Below, piece by piece: positions 51,483 through 64,000 of a stretch of DNA of 64,000 bases (positions within the stretch are counted from its first letter, which is position 1; each line of letters starts with the position of its first letter). Below the pieces are notes generated by a model. It saw only the letters and a list, made by a program, of their open reading frames with translations. It did no database searches and was not told the origin of the DNA. The position numbers were made by a program, and so were the translations under genes. The stretch lies in contig OX597816.1 in the NCBI GenBank assembly GCA_951406725.2, forward strand, positions 50,778,001 to 50,842,000, given 5' to 3'. This DNA is from Octopus vulgaris. Its lineage: Eukaryota.

Positions 51483-53512
51483 AGGAGGGGCGTGGTCTCA
51501 TTTTTCCATACATGAGCAGTTATACCCGTTTTAGCCAATATCTCCTCGTATAGACTCGTACCAGCAGCTGCATGAGATAGAGTACATGCTGTGTTTGGTC
51601 ATATTCTCTTCTATTGGTGGTTTTACTCGAAGGAGATATTTGCGAAGTGTTGTATTACTCTTGAATACTGTCCTGATGTCATATGGGCCGCATATCTTTT
51701 GTATCTTTTCGGAGAGGCCTTTCACATAGGGTAGACAGACTTTGGATAGTTTATTGGTTTCATCCTCTCTTTTCTTCATAATTGGAGTGGATAGTATGGT
51801 TTAGGAGTAGATGTTACTTATAGATTGTTACAGAGTTTGATCATTTCTTCGTGGAGTGTATCACGATCGCTACTTATATTCTTTACTCGAGGTTTTAGAC
51901 ACAGAACAATCTATCTCTCTCTTTACACTGTACGGATATTGGGAACTGAAGTTGAAGTATCGTCCAGTGAAGTTTGCCCCGAGGTATACGGACGTCCTGA
52001 ATCCATATTTGGTGCGAGTTATTAATACATCTCAGAATTCTAGATGATTGTCTTTTTCCTTTTCCAGTGTGAACTGTATGGATGGCTTTATTGGGTTCAC
52101 ATGATCTAACAGCACTTGAACATCTTTCTGGAGGGGCCAGAGTATAAAATTGCCATGAACATATCGCAGCCATAGTGTTGGTTTTAGTGGTGTTGATCCT
52201 AAAGCCAAATTCTCGAAGTATTCCATTGGCTATTATCGGTGATAATGGCGAACCCATAGCTAAACCCTCTTCTTGTCGATATATATCAGTGTCCGCACTG
52301 AAGTAGGTAGTTTCTACACAGAAATTCAACATTTCCATCATGTTTCTTATTGGTATACTAGTACGTTCTTTTAGATGGATGTCTGTCATTAGTTTTTCTT
52401 GTATCACCGATAGGGCTTCGGTAGTTGGAACTTTGGTGAACAGACTTACCACATCTAGACTCACCATCTGGTCGGATTCAATGGGGGTATCCTTGATCAA
52501 TTCTGTGAAATGGTTGAAAATCTTCACGTATGATGTTGACTTTCCTGCTTTTAGACTCATTATATCTACAAGGAAAGCGGCACAATGGATGACATGCTGG
52601 ATATCTACAGCTCACTATAGGTCTTAATGGAATACCATCCTTGTGAATCTTAGGGTGACCGTACATGCGTGGTAGTTTACTTTAGTGTTGAGGCAGTTGT
52701 CTGTACTTCATTGGTGTAAATTGATCGTTGTTCATGATCACGATATGTGACAACTTCCTCTTTATTTTCAGAGTTGGGTCTTTCTTTTCTTTGCTGACGC
52801 TATCATCACTTATAAGACTTGCCAATTTTTCAGAGTAGTCAGACTTTTTCATCACAACTGTAACATTTCCCTGTCCTATGGAATTATTATGATATAACTC
52901 TCACTCCGTAGTCTTTTGATAGCGAACGTTTCTTCCTTGATGATATTTGGTTTGGGAAGTTTCTCTTTTTCTAGTACCTGTCTCACTTAGTTCATCTCCG
53001 CCTTAGTTCATCTCCTTGAGCTTTTGGTATATTTATGGTTATCCTTTCAATAGGGGCTATTATGTCCAAGTATGGAATGCGCCTGATAGTTGTCGCAACG
53101 TTGAGACCTTTGTTTAGTACTGCTTCTTCAGAACTTTCTAGATGTCAGCTACTAATATATATTAATTACTGCTTTCACAGGTAGGTGACGGATTTCCATC
53201 TATATTTTCTGACCTTTGAGTTTCATAAACTTCTTAATCTGGCGTGTCTTCGACATTTCAAAATCTTTCATGTATCACTTTTCTAGATCTTGTTGGATTC
53301 TCTTTCTCATCTCTGGTTATTTTCCTAAGTAATGAACATAAACTCTCATTGATTTCATTATTTAGTTGATGTTTTTTCCCAAGGGTTTTAATGAATTCTC
53401 TCACGTATGAGGGCATGCCCTGCCCTTTCCGCTACTCTTTCAGCTTTATATGAATCCACTGGTGCCATTATATTCAATCCAGGTGGTATTAGCTTTGAAT
53501 CTCTACATCAAT
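51481..53512 (-). mobile_element. PLE-4: decayed Penelope/Poseidon-type element
   Basis: CRDSKLIPPGL, AVLNKGLNVA, MYGHPKIHKDGIPLRPIVS, SLDVVSLFTKVP, GLAMGSPLSP, WLRYVHG (mutated YVDD), LPYVKGLSEKI, YSISCSC; multiple frameshifts. Confidence 0.88.
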
Positions 53513-53514
53513 AT

Positions 53515-53658
53515 CTGGGATCGAACTCGGAATCTTGGGGTTAGTAGTCCGCGCTCTTAACCACTACGCCATGTGTCCGTGAGCTAAATGCCACGGGCCT
53601 ATGGCGTAGTGGCTAAGAGTGCTGGCTACTAACACCAAGGTCTCGAGTTTCATTCCAG
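53515..53658. repeat. Fold-back inverted pair of tRNA-like (Pol III A/B box) heads
   Basis: 67-bp arms 53515-53581 and 53592-53658 with a 10-nt loop; A-box TGGCGTAGTGG in both; B-box GAGTTCGATCCC in the minus arm. Confidence 0.85.
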
Positions 53659-53705
53659 GCAGTAACCTAAACAACAACAACAACAACAACAACAATAATA
53701 ATAAT

Positions 53706-53763
<58 letters not shown>

Positions 53764-53811
53764 TCGAAAAATACGTTAGGAATGAGAATCCAGGGTTCGA
53801 AATTTCCCCAA

Positions 53812-53857
53812 GACACCTGAAGAAGGCTGGAGGGTATATCAGCCGAAACGTTGTGTT
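53812..53857 (+). ncRNA. Type I minimal hammerhead ribozyme
   Basis: GACAC-CTGAAGA-A-GGCTG gagggtatat CAGCC-GAAA-CG-TT-GTGTT: full core, 5-bp stem II, palindromic stem III AACGTT, predicted cleavage after 53852. Confidence 0.8.
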
Positions 53858-54425
53858 AGCAACAAACAAGATGAGGACAAATATACGCCAAATGTAAATA
53901 ATGTACATAATTCCGCATCTCTTAAATATAGAACTGTGTATAACTAACGTTTTCTTTTTCTTTGTTTTTCGTTAGTTAGTTTTCTTTCTTTTTTGCGTCT
54001 ATCTAGAAGTCAAAGGAAACGGCTTCTAATCCCTTTAAACTTTGCTTTTGTGAACTGGACATCAACGTTTTGTGACTGGCATATTTTCCATTAGACTTCA
54101 CAAAGATTCAGCACTGAGTTGCAGAAGCAACTCAGAATATAGCAAATATTCTGCTCCAAATTATAGATTTACCTATCGGTTGCTGACTTTGACCACTAAA
54201 GAACATTTTTTAGTCGCTGATAATATGTGAATCTCAGATCATGAGCAGGAGTAGTGGGGGAATACATTGCCATGAGTTAGGAGGATTTTTTGGAGTTTGA
54301 ATAAATATCGTAAAAGCAAAGTTTGAAGGAGGCATTAACCTTTTTCCATACTTTCTAGGAGTAAGCAAATAGAAAATAGCAGTTGGAATTCACGTACAAA
54401 ATGTTTGTTACACAGTGTTGTAATT

Positions 54426-54731
54426 GTTTTTTGTTTGTTCCTTCTCGAGTCACGCCAGGTTCATAAGGGCCGGTTTCCCGGGTTTCTTGATGCATAGGTT
54501 CCCCACCTGGACGGGACACTGGCCCGTTGCAGGTGAGCTGCAAGAGGCAAGAGGAAAGAGTGAGAAAGTTGTGGCGAAAGAGTCAGAAGACATTCGCCAT
54601 TACCTTCTGCCGAGCCGCGTGAAGCTTAGGCCCTTCGCTCATAAACACACACATCACCCGTTCTGAGATTCGAACCCGCAATCCAACGACCGCGAGTCCG
54701 CAGCTCTAGCCAATAGGCCATATCCCTCCAT
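54426..54731 (-). mobile_element. tRNA-derived SINE related to family D, different tail, 12-bp TSD
   Basis: B-box GGTTCGAATCTC; TSD AGTGTTGTAATT at 54414-54425 and 54732-54743. Confidence 0.88.
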
Positions 54732-54844
54732 AGTGTTGTAATTACAGATATGAAATGAAATGATCTAAATCTAGCCCGAAGATTCCAAAATTCGACAGAA
54801 CGGGAAATATATGTAGCGAAGTATATATAAAAAAAATAAAGTTA

Positions 54845-55245
54845 TGCAGATTGGTTGTGTGGTAAGAAGCTTGCTTCCCAACCTCATGGTTCCGTATTCA
54901 GTTCCACTGCGTGGCTCCTTGGGCAAGTGTTTTCTTCTGATGTTTCGGGTTAAACCAAGCATTCTGAGTGTATTTGGTAGGCGGAAACTAAAAGAAGCCC
55001 GTCGTATATATGTGTGTGTATGTGTGTGTATCTATGTGTCTGTGTTTGCCACCCCCATTACAACTTGACAACCGGTGATTGTGTGTTTACGTCCCCGTAA
55101 CTTAGCGCTTTGGCAAAAGAGTCCGATAGAATAGGTACCAGGCTGAAAAAATAAGTACTGGGATCGATTTATTCGACTAAAAATCCTAGGCAGTGCCCCA
55201 GCATCGCCACAGTCTAATGACTGAAACAGGTAAAAGATAATAGAT
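54845..55245 (+). mobile_element. SINE family A
   Basis: Aligns with 17776-18187. Confidence 0.85.
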
Positions 55246-55953
55246 AAATGAAAGGTTGCCGCAGGTCTGCAGAGGACATCTAAAAATCGAATCTGGAAAT
55301 TTTTATTATTACTTGGTCTGAAATTAATTTTGTGTATATTAGAAAATTCCTTCAGTTTTCGAGTCTTACTTGAAGTATAAAATGTTCGTTTCAGAAATTA
55401 TATATGGTCGTGGATTAAACTTCAATGAAAATCGAAAGTAATTTCAACGTAAATTGGTTTGTAAAGGATCAATAAAACAGAGAGGAAATCTTTCTGAAGA
55501 AATGGTGGTTTTGATGTTTAAGCACCGGTAAATTAATTGAGATGTTAATATCTTTAAGAAATGGTCAAAACCTAATGAAATAAAGATACGAAGGTTAATG
55601 AAGGATCTAATTATCTTAAAAGAATTCAAACGTCTACGATGCATGAATGTAATGGAGGATAAATAATTATATAAGACGTTCAGAGAAAGATAAATGTACG
55701 CTGTTGTGTATGGTTGCATGTGCTTGTTTACCATTAGGACTGCATGAGTTAGCGTGAGTGTTAGATTTTTGCCACGTAAACATACACACGTCTACGTCAG
55801 TGTGTGTGTGCCTCTCACATTTATTTACTTAATAGTGGATCATTTTATGTAATTTCACGCCGAGTCTCTCCCTTATTCTAATAATATGTATCGCTCTAAA
55901 TCTGTTGTATGTTAATAATCATTCTTTATTGTTTCCCCGTAAATAAATAAATA

Positions 55954-56018
<65 letters not shown>

Positions 56019-56297
56019 TAAAAACGGTAAGATAACAAAAGAAAGAAAGAGACCTCAATATTATGTAAGTAGAGCAAATTTTATATATACATATATATGT
56101 TTACTCATTGATGTGTACTGTTTTATTCTGTTTTATGTTTGATGTTTGATCTGGATGTTCCTATATAATTAGTTAATAAATTATATGAATTGGTATTATC
56201 TATCTATATATATATATGTGTATGTGTGCGTGTGTGTGTGTGTATAGATCAAGGTATGTATACATGTATATATATTGTATGTTTATATATATATAGA

Positions 56298-56345
<48 letters not shown>

Positions 56346-56447
56346 TATACATTATATATATATATATATATATATATGTCAAAGTACACACACACACACA
56401 AACACACATACATATATACCTATGAATAGATATCCATATGTACATGA

Positions 56448-56498
<51 letters not shown>

Positions 56499-57669
56499 CT
56501 TACATACACATGTATATTAGTGTTTGTCAGTCTCTGTGTGTGTCTGCCTGTCTGTGTCTGTGTGCGTGTGTAATCACAAACGCACGGATTTCTATTTATA
56601 CTGAGTGAGATAAATTTGAGAAGAAAAGATACGAGTGAAAATAAAATGGAAGAATACATATAGATCGAAGGAACAGATAAAAAGACAAACAGGTAGTTAT
56701 AGATAAACGGTAAGTATATTGATTTTTTCTTCTCACTCTCACTCAATAAATATCCATTGCTTGAACTTTAGAAATATCCGTCGACTAATGGTCATCCGTA
56801 TTGATTTCAGCGCTTGGTATGTAGGATTGAAGAAACTGATTCATTTTCCAATCGGATTAATAAAAATATTTTTAGAATCGAAACGCATGTGGAATATTAT
56901 ATAGTATTCTAACAGTTCCCGTTAAATTTTCAACAATTTTATAATTATGTATAGATATAAACATAGTAAGATTTAGAAAATTAAAATAAATAGCCCACAT
57001 CCTCAACTCAGAAGCTGATTATGTTATGGATTCCGTTAAGCGAAGATCAAATGTTAAGATGGTAGTAAGTGAAAGATTCACTGCCTTAAATATATGATAT
57101 TTTGTTCTGACACTTAAATGACGATGGTCCAAACCACTGAGATGAAAATCACGTCGCGTTACTTGAGGTTCATTTTTCATAATGGACTTTTTTGCATCTA
57201 AGTCGATAACCTTGTATTTATACTGGCACGTCCATGGTGATAGCTTAACCACTGGAAAAGTGTCACCAACAAACCGACGTTTGCTGAAACACGTATCAGA
57301 TCACGTCCTTGCGGATCATGAAACCTCCACTTGCAGCTGTAATCGGTAAGTCAACGACACATTTTCAGCTTCCTTGATTTCAATGACTATGCACACAAGA
57401 AATTATGAATTGCTAGAAACCCTTTCATCTACAATATGGCCGGCTAAAAACTGAGCCCAGGTAATGTTTTCAAGAATTTTTGAAAGGTATTGCATCATCT
57501 CAATTCTTCTCAACTCACACAGTGTGGATAACCTTCGCTTTTGAGAAGGATTAAGAACTTAGAATTTACCACACAGTCAGATTTGTTTCTATGCATCTTT
57601 ATCTCTCTCTCTCCCCCTCTCTCTCTCTCTCTCTCTATTTATCTATCTATCATCTAGCTAACTATCCAT

Positions 57670-57857
57670 CACTATGATATTTCTGTGATCCCTATTGATG
57701 TTTTTTTTTTCTTTATTTCTTTCCTTTTCATGATACCTTTTTTATCGAAAACCTACCCCACTTTTTTTTTTCTTTTTTTCTTGCCCCCAATAAGAAAAGT
57801 TCTACTTTGTAATTTGTCCCTCTGTGTTTAGCACTGTGTGGCTAATAAAGAAACATA
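57670..57857 (+). mobile_element. Probable 3' UTR remnant of a Tx1-related LINE next to (ATCT)n
   Basis: Ends TTTGTCCCTCTGTGTTTAGC..AATAAAGAAA, like the tail at 4717-4760. Confidence 0.4.
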
Positions 57858-57860
57858 CTC

Positions 57861-57998
<138 letters not shown>

Positions 57999-58341
57999 TT
58001 TTATTATGTGCGCATGTATGTATTGGTAGGTAGGTCAGTATTACGTATGAGGCTAAATAATATTTATACATTTGGTGCGCTAGACAATATATTATACAAG
58101 CATATGTGTTTATTACTAATTACAAGCGTGTATTTATCCCTACATTTATTCCTTATATAAATCTGGCTGTGTTCGACTTAGACACCTCCAATGGGGTATC
58201 CCTGGAATGTTTTTTTTATAATCTTCACTACACTACTCATGGATTTCATTTGTAGACCGCAAATCGGTTAACTCGGGTATTGCTTAGAGAAAACTCGTAT
58301 TGCTGGCCTTTTTATCTATTTATTTATTTATGATATGTACC

Positions 58342-58396
<55 letters not shown>

Positions 58397-58402
58397 ATAT
58401 AT

Positions 58403-58465
<63 letters not shown>

Positions 58466-58481
58466 ATATATATATATATAC

Positions 58482-58540
<59 letters not shown>

Positions 58541-59329
58541 GGTAAATTCCATCCAACATAACCCAGGACATGTACAATAATTTGTAGAAATGAAAAGCTA
58601 TACTTCGGATATAAGAGCCGTATGTTTTTTATTAGTTCTCCGTAGATATTCTCTATCCGCACACCAAAGCTTTAACGAAATATCAACATATCCACGAAAG
58701 CTAATATCTCCAACAAAGAAGCATTTTGGAACGTGTCCCATAAAATAAAATGCAGCATATTTTGCTTAGATCGAACTACTGCATTTATTGATGTGCTGCG
58801 CCAAAATCCTTTGTAGTTAAATGTTTGGATACATTCTCGTTCTGGTGTGTTTTTTATATGACCAGCAGCACAATCCTTTCGACGAATAGCGTTGGATATG
58901 GTAACAGCATTAATGCTGTATCATATGGACTGGTTGTTTCCTGCTGACAAATATTATGTGTGTGTTAATATATATTTATACCTTACTAATCATAAATGTC
59001 AGCCACGATGCACCACGTTGAAAAAAAATTCAATAAATTCTCATTACAACTGGATTTTTCCTGCTTCCACCAGTTTGCGCCTTTGTTGTGGTTGAAGTGT
59101 TTTCATTTTAACAGTGCAGCTAGATAATTATATTCTTTAAAAATATTTACAAAGAAAAATTATCGAAATAGATCAAACGCAGTCGGACGAGAAATCGGAT
59201 AATCCGATATTTGATTTAACATATGAATTATGGCAGGCAGGTGTTAGAGTAAGAGCAGGACAAACAACTAATGAAGAAAAAACGGTAAAAAGTCAATTGA
59301 AATACATGAATAAACCAACGTACATGAAT

Positions 59330-60000
59330 GCGATTTTGTTTGTTCCGTGATGGTCATATGTTGGACAGGTGGCGGTCTTATAGCTGAATTATGTATCCAG
59401 TCGATTAAAATGTTGATCACTTGCCAAATATCTCTAACAAAGGTTTTCCCTTATACCTCATGGTTATGTACAATTTTCAGCATTCTTCATGTTTTGCTGT
59501 TTCATTGTTTTGATCTTTCGATAATTTTCCAACCAAAATATTTAATTTGCTGCTCGTCTATTTTCTATATATCCTAAACTGTCTTATGATCATAACCGAT
59601 TTTTGAAATTCTCTTCCGTTATGCATACACATTGTCTATTTCCAGTCCCGGCGATCTGTTTTGTAGAGATAACCTGCTTTTTATGTTATGTGTTCTACTT
59701 TGTGGAATATATTTTGTAATAAGTTAAGTAAGATGATTCTGCCTGAGCATATGGATCAAGATCTATCAACTAATGCCTTTTATGTTACTTTTTCATTCAA
59801 GTGTTACGTCTGTAGCGCAAAGTAAGATGGTGCCAGTTGGAAAAATAGCTATTATGAGTGTCAGACAATGATTTACTGTTTAAAAGTATGTGTTGTGGCA
59901 TTTGAGTAAAATGTGACTTTATAGACCCCCGTATTACATAAGTAGACAAATACCTTCTTGAATCTCCTAAGTAGTAAAATGTCATGATATTTAGGGACAA
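59330..60000 (-). mobile_element. Very decayed PLE GIY-YIG-like fragment
   Basis: Minus translation CVCITEENFKNRL..H resembles YIGxTExxFKxRxxxH. Confidence 0.3.
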
Positions 60001-60189
60001 TAGTATCAAAGCTATCCCTATATTCTGCTCACATTACAGAAGAATTGATACAATCTATGTAGGCGGGGTGGACAATATGGTGTGTTAATTTAAAAATTGC
60101 ATTTATTGTTTATTCTAAAGAGATTCTTTCAAATATTAGTTAAGTCTCGATAAATGTCAAGGGTCGTAATCATAGTTACAGAATTTATT

Positions 60190-61180
60190 ATTCGAGGGTC
60201 GGCAGAAACGATTAAATGCTGACCAAGATACTCTCATGGAATGTAACCAAATAAGTTTAATTTTTCAAAATAGTTACCCTTGGGGTACACACACTTCTCC
60301 CATCGACGTTGCATTGATGAAGATGCTTTCATCCTACTGATCAAAGATTCATCAACCAGGTATGACATCATCATTATTACACTAAGGGTTCCCATCTAAG
60401 TTTTTGTTTGTTTTATATTTCCTATTCGGGAACAATAGGTAGTCAGATCGTACCAAACAAGGAGAATAGAAAGAGGAGTCAACCAGTTCAAAATCCCTGT
60501 CATGCTCAGAAGCCAGTGAAGCTAAGTCATTGTTTGCTGGACCATTGTCCTGATCAAACAGGACTCCTTTCGTCTGTTTTCCTGGGCGTTTTTTTTTTGG
60601 TCTTTATAGTCTTTCGTAAGAACTTAGGTAAGTTGGCAAAGTGCTCTATTGATGGTGTGATCCAGCCGAAGATGTCGTCACCTTACTGCAACTTAAATAT
60701 ACTTGACTTTCTTTGAAGGATGCTTTCCTTTTCCCTGGCTCAAAGCGATGAAGCAAACACTCATCTTCAGTTAGGAAACATTCAAGGAAACCAGGTGGAT
60801 CTGCCTCAGACACTAAACTTTTCTCATGAGATGACCAGAGCGGTTCGCTTTTTGATTAAGTGTCACAAGATATTGCAAAAACAAAGCAGAATCCTTCCTC
60901 ATGCCAATTTCTTTGTCAAGAATATTTTCAGATCTCTAACGGAATATGCTAATAGCATTGATTATCTGATTTATAATGAAAGGGCGATAATTAATCACCC
61001 TGTGGTAGACACGAACAATGTGTTCCTCGGGGTAGCAGTTGCAAGAGGTACAGATCTTGGGTCTACTTCAGGACCTTCCCTTCCCCCACGTACTTTCGGC
61101 TGCCCACTTTTGCGCTCTTGATAAAGCTGGAGCAACGTCTCCTAATGTAACGATCATGTCAGCCTGATTGTCGTTGAGGT
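60190..61180 (-). mobile_element. Decayed mariner DNA transposon
   Basis: Minus translation GDVAPALS..QKWAAE..GREG.E.DPRS..ENILDKEIGMRK.SA (HTH region) and FDQDNGPA (HDNAxxH-like); TIR-like TTCGAGGGT near 60190. Confidence 0.7.
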
Positions 61181-61987
61181 TTAAGTTTTTTCAGCATGTA
61201 ATTAGTAACGCCAAGATGCCAAAATTTGCAGATGTTCACAGGAAGTTGCTACGAGTTACGTTGAAATGTCCATGAAGTAGGCTAAATGCCCTTCCCAAAT
61301 TTCACTATTTCACCTTGCACATGAAACTCGTCCAACGTCTCAGTAAATTCTAAAAAGTATTTTTAATGTTTTTCTCAGTATTTCCACCTTCTGTGTATAA
61401 CCCCATAATATTCCATAGCTCTAAGATGTTATCTGATCAAATAATTGCATTAAAAAGAAATGTATTAGATTTTATCAAAAGTGAATTTCTGCAAATAACG
61501 TAGCCTTCCCAAGCATATTATGGGCTCTATAACCGTATTATCTATGTAATATTTCTTACCAATTATTTATACGATATATAGAAGCAAGTTACCTATTCAA
61601 AAATGGACTTCATCAAAATAAGTTTCAGTAAATCTAGATGTACGCCATCATCAGTATTATTAAACCCGTAAGCAACATCGGAAGTATCATATCCTTGTTG
61701 TAGTTAAGTGAAATTTTTAATAAATATACATACACTTAATCTAAATGTGCTCCATAAACAGTCGTATAGGCAAAGTTGAGATAGTGACGAACACTTGGCT
61801 GAGTACAGTTGATGAACAGAATTGCTTTAATAATTAATAACCACTAGAAATGATATGTAATTCGAATAGTTTTATGGTAAATGATACGCTATGTATTTCT
61901 AGAGTGCTGTAAACTTTTTTTATAGTTTGCAAGTACATTTGTATAAGTGAATGCGTCTGCGTGTGTATGTATCATGAAACATATGTC

Positions 61988-62057
<70 letters not shown>

Positions 62058-62113
62058 TACATATATATATATATATATATATACATATTTATATATGTAT
62101 ACATATTCATATT

Positions 62114-62156
<43 letters not shown>

Positions 62157-62182
62157 GCATACACACATATAAATATATACAT

Positions 62183-62268
<86 letters not shown>

Positions 62269-63684
62269 CAGTATATGTATTTATATACAATTACGTTTGT
62301 ATGCGTCAGAAATGAAGGTAATATGCATTGCATATCTGAAATCACTTCTTTGAGCCTTTTGAATTAATTTGCATACAAAGAAACAAATGCCAGATTCAGG
62401 CTGGAGCATCTAGTTGAATAATAAATTCAATTTTCTTCTTTACACATCTGATACACGATGATCTTAAGCTGTGTGAATGTGGCATAACATAGAATTTGAC
62501 TTTTATCTTTGTAATTTCTAATCCCATGTGAACGCAGACTATTTGAGGACATATTCAAGAAATCTAATCTGGACTCGACTCCGTAGTCAAGTTCCCAAGA
62601 CATATAAAAGAAGAACGATATTTCAGAGACCCTACTATAATTAGATATTTATGCCTTACATATATTTCATAACTTGGATATATCAACAATATTCTAAGAA
62701 TATGGCTAAGGATTTCTGCATATAACCTCATGTTCAAAGTGAATACGTGCGACAAACTTTATTAGTTTTGATGTCAGAAACACAAATAAAATGCTGAGTC
62801 AGAATAACAATAAAATAGTGCAGACCACTTAATATTCGATATTAATTTTGGAATGTTGCAGAGTAATAAATATGTTTATGCACCAGGAAGATAACCTTGG
62901 GTCAAAGGTAAATGTTCAGAGAAGAGAGTTACTAATGCATTCAAAATGAGAGAGCAAGAGTCTTTGATGAAGTATGCTTACCTGATGGCGACAAGCTAAT
63001 ACTGAATGTCATACAAGACGACTAAATATCTAGCCATACGTAATAAGCGTATGATGTCAAAGTTCGCTTAACAAAGTGACATGCATTGATTTTGTGATAT
63101 GTAGGGCGTAAACAATGCAGTATCTGGAAATACTTAATTTCTAAATTCCAGCGTGCTGGATATTAGAGATTTAAAATTTCTGCGCAGCATATTTTCTTTC
63201 CTTATACATGCATACATATATATATATATATAATATTGGTGTTTAGTTTGAAGGTGATCTAAACGATTAGGTACACTAGGGAAGTGCTGTATCGCATTAC
63301 TAGGAATCCAAGGTTATAGCTGAGACGGTAATTATGGATCCATTGCCGACTTCCGATATAGCGAATATATAATTATTAACGAGGACTACAAAAGTTAAGT
63401 CAAGGCAAATATCTCAAGTCATAGACACTACTGTTATTCGGGAAAAAAGTATTATATCTGTTTTGTGGGACATCGTAGATTATGGGATATTACGTCGTCG
63501 GAGATAAATAGGACAGTGTATAGATAAATGAAATGACACATAGACGACAGGAGTAAAAGAGTGAGGAGATGAAGAAAGATAAGAAAGAGAAGAAAAAGTG
63601 CTCTTTCTTCATATCGTTATTCCTTTACTTCTGTCTTCTATGTCAGCATTTCATTAATCAATACCCTTTTCAGTTTCCCTACTC

Positions 63685-63740
63685 GTCTCCGATAGCTGAA
63701 TATCCCATACTTTGGGATATCCCAGAAACAGCTGTGAGAC
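63685..63740 (+). ncRNA. Degenerate hammerhead-like motif ~20 nt before (TA)n
   Basis: Stem I GTCTC/GAGAC, long stem II ATATCCCA/TGGGATAT, GAAA, palindrome ACAGCTGT; core degenerate. Confidence 0.4.
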
Positions 63741-63755
63741 TTGGAATTTGGCAAT

Positions 63756-63807
<52 letters not shown>

Positions 63808-63811
<4 letters not shown>

Positions 63812-64000
63812 ATCCAAACGTGAAAACAGAAAGAGAAAACACAACAACGCGAGGACTTGGAACAAGTATAGTGTTTTTGGGCGCTCAGGAAAGAAGGAAA
63901 GGAGGAGGGTTTAACTTTTCGAGCGGAGCTCTTCGTCAGAAACATAGGAAAAGGAAAGATCCAAAGAAGGGAAGACGGAGGAAAAAAGTCGCCAACGCTA
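63808..64000 (-). mobile_element. PLE-terminus-like element with hammerhead motif, running off the window
   Basis: GTTT-CTGACGA-A-GAGC tcc GCTC-GAAA-AG-TT-AAAC at 63909-63943; shares GCGCTCAGGA with 14551. Confidence 0.65.

Noticed and set aside
53515-53658. Possible functional tRNA genes
   Set aside because: Acceptor and anticodon stems do not close properly, there is no terminator, and they are embedded in a repeat; treated as tRNA-derived heads.
58580-59110. Faint P-element/THAP-like transposase words (FRGYVD, xEFIE) on the minus strand
   Set aside because: Too short and degenerate to call without a profile search.

Overview
AT-rich, microsatellite-dense eukaryotic genomic DNA. The SINE families and (TA)n/(CA)n density suggest an octopus/cephalopod, which is inference. 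Most ORF-track entries are translated microsatellites. Real content is mostly transposons. (1) Three related Penelope-like elements (PLEs; RT plus C-terminal GIY-YIG, Neptune-like Cys linker) at ~9.8-13.1, ~36.4-41.3 and ~49.9-51.2 kb, each in (TA)n with an inverted copy of its own 3' end. (2) A decayed Penelope/Poseidon-type PLE (~51.5-53.5 kb) joined to a fold-back tRNA-like head and a near-canonical hammerhead ribozyme. (3) A full-length Tx1/L1-type LINE (26694-32109, minus, 16-bp TSD) inside a SINE head. (4) Several tRNA-SINE families, a 300-bp non-autonomous Helitron, and decayed R4/Dong, RTE and mariner fragments. Most notable are about a dozen hammerhead-like motifs at PLE ends and in short (TA)n-flanked elements, including a U3-A8/N17-less class. 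Also notable: an in-phase U_UUU_UUA -1 frameshift site upstream of a PLE RT frame, a SINE sharing a 26-nt tail and TSD length with the Tx1 LINE, and two candidate minus-strand host exons. There is one 100-N assembly gap.
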